Assembly: GCA_017526445.1 (NCBI GenBank)
Contig: JAFXRI010000024.1
Coordinates: 11-64,010, forward strand
Direction: 5' to 3'
DNA from: Ruminococcus sp.
Lineage (GTDB): Bacteria > Bacillota > Clostridia > Oscillospirales > Ruminococcaceae
Length of the DNA: 64,000 nt
Shown here: positions 59,049-64,000 of the stretch, in pieces
Layout: the number at the start of each line of letters is the position of its first letter
How positions within the stretch are numbered: position 1 is the stretch's first letter
Translations under genes and position numbers: made by a program
Notes under the pieces: generated by a model
The model's database searches: none
The model's input: only the letters and a program-made list of their open reading frames with translations
What the model was told of the DNA's origin: nothing

Positions 59049-59858
59049 TTACTGTGCCGCTGTAGCGGTTATAGTGATGGCTCCGGTGACCTCCGAGATC
59101 GAGATCACGCCGGTGCCGGAATTGTATGCGGTGGATGTCACATCAGTTCCACCCATAGTGACGGTGACCGTACCCATAGTGTAGCCTACCGCCTCGGTGA
59201 GGGTAGCCGTGAAAGCTGCACCCTTTTCGGTCTCCGTGCCGGTGAAGCTGGAAGCTGCGTGTGTGAGAGTCTGTGTAACAGTCACATACTCGGTAGCATC
59301 AGGCGACACAAAGTCATCAGGATCCGGAACCTCGCTGTAAAAACCGTCGTAAACATCCCAGTCCTCATAGCACTTGCCCTTGATGTCATATGTGTCGAGA
59401 CGAGGCATACACTTGATGTTCAGAGTGTCGGTGTCGATCTGGAAGTTCTCGCCCTTGGTGCGCTGAGAGATCGTCGGGCGCTTGGTAAGCTGAGTTCTCC
59501 AGAAGCAGTAACGGCCCTTCTTCTGATCGCCGGTGAACTCGACGAGCATTGCGAACTCTGCCGACTTGGTCTCGGAGTTCTCAATGCCGTTTGTGTCGCC
59601 GAGGATATCCTTCTCAAACTGCTCGGGCAGCAGAGCCACCTCGACAGTGCCCTCGTAGCCGTTGTTAGCGGTCTCGGAAGCGTAGTCCTTGATGTCATCG
59701 GCTGCTATGTTGGTAACGTTCATCTGGCTGTCCAGGTTCAGGGCGATAGCGCCGGGGATGTGGAAAGGAGTGCCGAAGGTATAACCCCCTGCACTGCCCG
59801 CCAGGATCTTGGCGACATACAGCTTCTTGATACCGTATTTAACCTTGTTCTTTCCCAT
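59049..59858 (-). CDS. Major tail protein (phi13-like) with C-terminal Ig-like domain
   Basis: NKVKYGIK, IPGA, ADD, NNGYEG; Thr-rich VTVTMGGTDVT..ITITATA tail. Confidence 0.88.
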   Translation of the reverse strand: MGKNKVKYGIKKLYVAKILAGSAGGYTFGTPFHIPGAIALNLDSQMNVTNIAADDIKDYASETANNGYEGTVEVALLPEQFEKDILGDTNGIENSETKSAEFAMLVEFTGDQKKGRYCFWRTQLTKRPTISQRTKGENFQIDTDTLNIKCMPRLDTYDIKGKCYEDWDVYDGFYSEVPDPDDFVSPDATEYVTVTQTLTHAASSFTGTETEKGAAFTATLTEAVGYTMGTVTVTMGGTDVTSTAYNSGTGVISISEVTGAITITATAAQ

Positions 59859-59873
59859 TTTTCTTCATTCCTT

Positions 59874-60206
59874 TCAGATGTTATAAACTATCTGCATTTT
59901 CTTCTCCTCCCGGAGATATACCCGTGCAGACTTGATGTAGTAGATGTCGTTTCGCTCGAAAATACTCTCTATGAGCCCCTCCGAGGTATAGTCGCGCCGC
60001 TTGGTGTAAAGCTCGACTGCGTATGTGGGCCTGCTGTAATATGCCTTGTCGTCGGCGTCGAGTGTATCGGGCTTCAGTTCAAGGATAGCACAGTAGGGCG
60101 GGGACTTCGGGCGCTCGTCGGGAGACACCTCCGACCAGTCATACTGACAGGTCGGGAAATGCTCCGAGAGGATTGTGTACAGCTGTTCAGGTGTCATCGG
60201 TTGCAT
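59874..60206 (-). CDS. Tail terminator / completion protein
   Basis: PPY, ADDKAY, ELYT..R pattern; position. Confidence 0.7.
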   Translation of the reverse strand: MQPMTPEQLYTILSEHFPTCQYDWSEVSPDERPKSPPYCAILELKPDTLDADDKAYYSRPTYAVELYTKRRDYTSEGLIESIFERNDIYYIKSARVYLREEKKMQIVYNI

Positions 60207-60573
60207 GCTCCTTTATGTCCTCAATATAGGCCTCGATCTCTTTGTCGGCATTGGCGTTGATATGAGGCTGCGCATTAACGCGGGTGCCGTCTGCGGCGAT
60301 ATGCCCGTGCTCCAGCAAGTGAGTGAGCCGGTATTTCTTGGAGTTTTTGACTTCGTACTCGTAATAATCAACGTTTGAATACCCCTTGCGGGAGCTCCAT
60401 CCGTCATTATAATGCCCTTTGCGGCGATTGCTTTTCGGATCATAAGGCGAAGCCTCTTTGATCGTCTGCGCCAGCTTGGAAGCGTGCTTCTTGGCGATCT
60501 TGTCGCTGTTGCTCTTGATCTTCACGACCGAGCCGTTAAGGATCGCAGCCAGCTGCTTGTCAAAGTCCTCCAT
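60187..60573 (-). CDS. HK97 gp10-like neck protein
   Basis: G.Y..GW, YRLTHLLEHGH, V.AQPHI. Confidence 0.8.
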   Translation of the reverse strand: MEDFDKQLAAILNGSVVKIKSNSDKIAKKHASKLAQTIKEASPYDPKSNRRKGHYNDGWSSRKGYSNVDYYEYEVKNSKKYRLTHLLEHGHIAADGTRVNAQPHINANADKEIEAYIEDIKEHATDDT

Positions 60574-60913
60574 TTATCTCGCCCTCCCTGCTGACAGCTG
60601 AGATTATCAGCATATTGTCCTCATATCTCACATTGTCGATGTGATCGATGTCAAAGACCTTCTCGCGGAAGATCAGGCGGTAGTCTTCTGTGCCGATGCT
60701 TGCCAGCTTAGGAGAATACCGTACCGTCAGCTTGACGGTCTGCTCGACTCCGAGCTGCCTTGCGGCATAGTACTCAGAGCCGAACAGGTTGTTAGCGTAA
60801 GCCCGACAGGTGAAGTAATCCTCCCACTCTCCGTCAGGGTTGCCGCGAGAGTCCTTTTCGGAGATATTTCTTTGTATCGTGACCTTTTCACGCATAAGAC
60901 CGGGGTTTATCAT
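60560..60913 (-). CDS. Head-closure (head-tail adaptor) protein
   Basis: G.MREKVTIQ, EYYAA, VRY, FDI..IDN. Confidence 0.85.
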   Translation of the reverse strand: MINPGLMREKVTIQRNISEKDSRGNPDGEWEDYFTCRAYANNLFGSEYYAARQLGVEQTVKLTVRYSPKLASIGTEDYRLIFREKVFDIDHIDNVRYEDNMLIISAVSREGEINGGL

Positions 60914-60921
60914 CGTATCAC

Positions 60922-61215
60922 CTACCCGATGTGGTTTTTCGCATAAAGCGAGAGGATCGTTTCGAGAGTCTTGTTTTCGGCGGTATTGGACACCGTCGCA
61001 GATCGGGTGTCGTAGAAATCCTCACAGATGATAAGATAGGCAATTGTCAGGTCCTCGTGATCGTCGAGCTCTTCCTCGGTCAGAGCGGTCCGTCCGATAA
61101 GGTTGGCCTTTGCCGCAGGCATAATGGCCTCGACCATAGCAACGGCATCAGCGTCCTCCTTATCCTCGCGGATGTAGTCCAGCACGAAGTCGGCTGTGAT
61201 CTCACTTATCTTCAT
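60922..61215 (-). CDS. Head-tail connector (gp6-like)
   Basis: YIRED, EDLTIAYL..DFYDTR. Confidence 0.85.
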   Translation of the reverse strand: MKISEITADFVLDYIREDKEDADAVAMVEAIMPAAKANLIGRTALTEEELDDHEDLTIAYLIICEDFYDTRSATVSNTAENKTLETILSLYAKNHIG

Positions 61216-61228
61216 CGGACCGCCTCCC

Positions 61229-61618
61229 TTATTCAGACTCCAGTGTCAGGCCGTCAAGCGGTATTTCCTTGATCACGGCGCCTGCAGGGCCATAATCTGC
61301 CACGGCCATTATGCTCTGCTCGGTGCTCTCGATCCTGGCAATCATGATCCCATGCACGGGCAGCCATATGACATTGGAGTTTCCTCCTATAAGCTGGACC
61401 GTGATCGACTCTGCACCCGGAGCGTCGAAGTGAAGCATCAGGAAGTTGCCCTCCTGGAGCTCCTCATCTTCCGAAAAGCCTGTGTAATCGGACACATACT
61501 TGAGGGTGCCTGTTACGCCGTCCTCACCGACCTCAATGTCTTCCTGAAGGTCTTCTACTGACTTTCCAAAGTAGTCGCCTGGCGGTATGTCAGCATCTAC
61601 CGACAGGCTTACTGAGGG
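61229..61618 (-). CDS. Probable frameshift-accessed C-terminal extension of the major capsid protein
   Basis: Frame open 61633-61229, overlaps the capsid 3' end in the -1 frame, no ATG/RBS at its 5' end. Confidence 0.6.
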   Translation of the reverse strand, partial: PSVSLSVDADIPPGDYFGKSVEDLQEDIEVGEDGVTGTLKYVSDYTGFSEDEELQEGNFLMLHFDAPGAESITVQLIGGNSNVIWLPVHGIMIARIESTEQSIMAVADYGPAGAVIKEIPLDGLTLESE

Positions 61619-62778
61619 TCCGCCGCTGCCATTTTAAGCACAGCGATCTTCTCAGCATTCTCGACTTTGGAATCCATCTCCATATATGCGCAGACGCCGA
61701 TCGCGTGCTGAGTTGCATACTTCTCACGGAGCACTTGGATCTCGGCATTCTCGGAGATCTTAACGGCAAGGCCAGAGAAATCGCCGTAGAATACAGCTTT
61801 TTTGTTAGCTCCCATATCGGACATATTCTTGGAGATATATACGTCCTTGCCCAGCAGGACATAACCCCACCTTGCGGTATAGTCTCTGTTGAGGAGGTAA
61901 TTGCCCTCACCGTCGCGGAGCTTGCGGATAGCCTTGCGAGTCTTTCTGGACATGATCCATACAGCATTGCCCTGATATACATCGGGGATGGACTCCTGAA
62001 GGTCGATAAGCTCATCAGACTGGAGGTATGTCGCTGCTGTGGCGGTAACTGATGCTGCGAGCTTGGACAGGCCGTCGATCTTGTCTGCGGTGCCGTTGAT
62101 AAGCTCGCCCTCAGCCCATACAGCGAACTTCTCGGCGATCTTGTTGATGACATAGCCGAGAATGTCGAAGTTGGAATTGTTTATAAGGCTCTTGCTGATC
62201 TTGGTCAGCACGCCGGCCAGGAAGCCTGTGAGGCTGATAGACTTGAAGGAACCGGCGGTGGAGGTCAGCTCGGTGAACTCCTCCGAATATGCGACTGTTA
62301 TGTCGCTGGTGTCGCCGTCATAATAGGGAATGGACAGCGTGCCCTTGGCGTTATAGCGTGTAGCCATAGCAAACAGAGGCGAGATCTCAACGACCTTGCC
62401 GATGATCTTGTTGACGATAGAGGAAGGCACCACAGCGCCGTTGTCTCCGAATGTGATGTTGGTGTCTGTGGGCTCACCGTCGCGCATTTCAAGAGCCTTG
62501 CTGCGCAGGTAATTCTCGAAGCCCTTTTCTTCGAGGTTTACCACGTTCTTTTCGGCTGCTGTAGGCTCCAGCAGAGCGTCTCTGCGCTCGATGCTGCGCA
62601 TCTCCTCACTGGCGCTGATAGTAGCATCAAGAGCGGCGATCTCCGCCTTCATCTTCTCGTAGTCTGCGAGCTCTTCGTTGGAGAAGGCTCTGGTTTCCTC
62701 GGCGGCCTTGCCTGCCAGCTTTTCCATAGCATCTACAATGCCGTTTCTCTTCTCGATTAATGCCTTGAGATTGATCAT
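61609..62778 (-). CDS. HK97-fold major capsid protein with N-terminal delta domain
   Basis: Coiled-coil N-terminus, GAVVP, ISKSLI, LLGKDV, YGDFS. Confidence 0.93.
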   Translation of the reverse strand: MINLKALIEKRNGIVDAMEKLAGKAAEETRAFSNEELADYEKMKAEIAALDATISASEEMRSIERRDALLEPTAAEKNVVNLEEKGFENYLRSKALEMRDGEPTDTNITFGDNGAVVPSSIVNKIIGKVVEISPLFAMATRYNAKGTLSIPYYDGDTSDITVAYSEEFTELTSTAGSFKSISLTGFLAGVLTKISKSLINNSNFDILGYVINKIAEKFAVWAEGELINGTADKIDGLSKLAASVTATAATYLQSDELIDLQESIPDVYQGNAVWIMSRKTRKAIRKLRDGEGNYLLNRDYTARWGYVLLGKDVYISKNMSDMGANKKAVFYGDFSGLAVKISENAEIQVLREKYATQHAIGVCAYMEMDSKVENAEKIAVLKMAAADPQ

Positions 62779-62780
62779 TT

Positions 62781-63944
62781 TTACATCTTTCCTTTCAGTT
62801 TTAAAATTTCTATTTCCCGCTGTCTTGTAGCGATCATAGCTTTGATCTTGTCGAGAGCATCACTCTCCGTGTATGTTTTGGTCACACCAGCTGAAGGCTG
62901 TGCAGGAACGGCCACAAAGGACCATTCGTAAGCGTCGGTGGGTTCTTCAAGGATTCCACAGCATATCACGCCGTCATAGATCTTGCCCTTGATGTGCTCG
63001 CAGGGTTTTTTCCACCTGTCAGCACCGCATACCGAGCAGGTGTTTTTGGCTACACAACACCCTACAGAGACCTCCTTTTTGATCCCGCCCTCGATCTCTT
63101 TGATAAGATCGGCGTTGGCTGCGGTTCGTATCATATATGCCTTAGCGATGAGCTCGGCGTACAGCTCGCCGTAGGATGTTCGCTTGCTGCTGTCTATGAT
63201 CGCTTCGGCGTGGAAGATCCTTGCCGTCTGGTTGTCGCTTTTGGCATCGTGGTCGAATATCCCCGTCTTCCCCACATAAAGCTCCGCAAGCTTCGACAAA
63301 GCTCCCAGTGAAAAACGCTCTCCGTCGCGGTCGATCTCGTTATCACACAGCCGGACGGGGAAGACATACACATCCTCTGCTTTCATCCTGCCGCGGGTGA
63401 ACTGGTTGATCTGTTCGAGCTCTTCGGCGCTGACCTCCGGAAGGTCGTCAGCTGTGCGCGTTTCGACATCCGCACCGTCACGAAGCTCTATGGATGTAGC
63501 GTGGTATGCAGGGCGCTTTGTGAGCAGCGAGACTTCCACAAGGTCCAGCTTGGAGATCTCCCGCTTGTATGTGCCGTCACTCGCCTTGGAATAGTCGCCG
63601 AGGGCGTTCTCCATACCGAAGCTCCAGCCTTTCAAACGGCCTGCTCTGGCGGCGGTAACAGTTTCCTCGTCGTCCACCGTAAGCTCGGCCCGCAGACCGA
63701 TATTATCCTCGGTCAGGACGAGATTGCGGCCGTTCTCGCCGATAGTCCGGTTATGGTCGAGCATCAGCTTGACAGCCGGGAGCCTGCTCAGACTGTCGGC
63801 GAAGACGCCCTCCTTGATGCACTCCCGAAAGTCTCCGGGAGCATCCCTGCCCTTTGAACGGGGCAGGAGCTCGGACTAGCGCTCGACAGCATTGACATAG
63901 CCGCTGATCGTGAGCTCGCTGTCCGATCTTATCTCGATCTTCAT
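62781..63944 (-). pseudogene. Prohead protease (two tandem protease domains) interrupted by an in-frame TAG at codon 23
   Basis: RBS AAGGAG + ATG 63944: MKIEIRSD..GYVNAVER*SELL..MLDH..GWSFG..EVSLL..PAY, then a second domain DRDGERF..FDH..EVSVG..EWSFVAVPAQ. Confidence 0.75.
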
Positions 63945-64000
63945 AATATCAACTCCTTTTGGGTATAAAAAGAGCACCTTGCGGCCGACATTTATTTTAT

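Larger units (their letters stand above)
46310..64000 (-). mobile_element. Siphovirus-type prophage late region, probably integrated at tRNA-Ala; continues beyond the window
   Basis: Collinear protease-capsid-connectors-tail-TMP-holin-lysin genes ending next to a tRNA 3' end. Confidence 0.92.

Noticed and set aside
59034-60260. 408-aa plus-strand ORF in the tail region
   Set aside because: Antisense to well-supported tail genes; no recognisable features.
46310-64000. Phage-wide TAG stop-codon reassignment
   Set aside because: Only one internal TAG found; all other late genes, including the 1146-aa TMP, are intact in code 11, so systematic recoding is unsupported.

Overview
Chromosomal segment of a Clostridia-type Firmicute (gene content and motifs resemble Ruminococcus/Oscillospiraceae; taxonomy is inferred). 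Bases 1-46.1 kb are housekeeping genes: mscS, fprA, alaA, a cyclophilin, rqcH, nif3, trmK, a sigH-like sigma factor, a DivIVA-like gene, the dcw cluster (mraZ-rsmH-ftsL-pbp-murE-murF-mraY-like-ftsW-murG-orf-murA-ftsQ-ftsZ), ppa, ACP+FkbH, RNase P RNA, livKHMGF, cotJABC and a Topo IV-like pair. tRNA-Ala(GGC) at 46234-46309 marks the edge of a siphovirus-type prophage whose late region (head, tail, lysis, extra fibre-like genes) fills 46.3-64 kb on the minus strand. Best candidate for a new system: an AT-rich toxin/immunity-like gene pair inside the tail module. The putative toxin starts with the same peptide (REIE[VI]LK[IL]KG) that ends the prohead protease, which suggests a MuF-independent signal for loading cargo into the capsid. 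The protease is itself a fusion of two protease domains and carries an internal TAG. Other highlights: a probable -1 frameshift extension of the major capsid protein, a catalytically degenerate MraY in the dcw cluster, a degenerate tRNA-like leader before a zinc-ribbon gene, two tail-tube paralogues and an in-frame fused G-T chaperone. All calls come from reading the sequence by eye; no searches were run.
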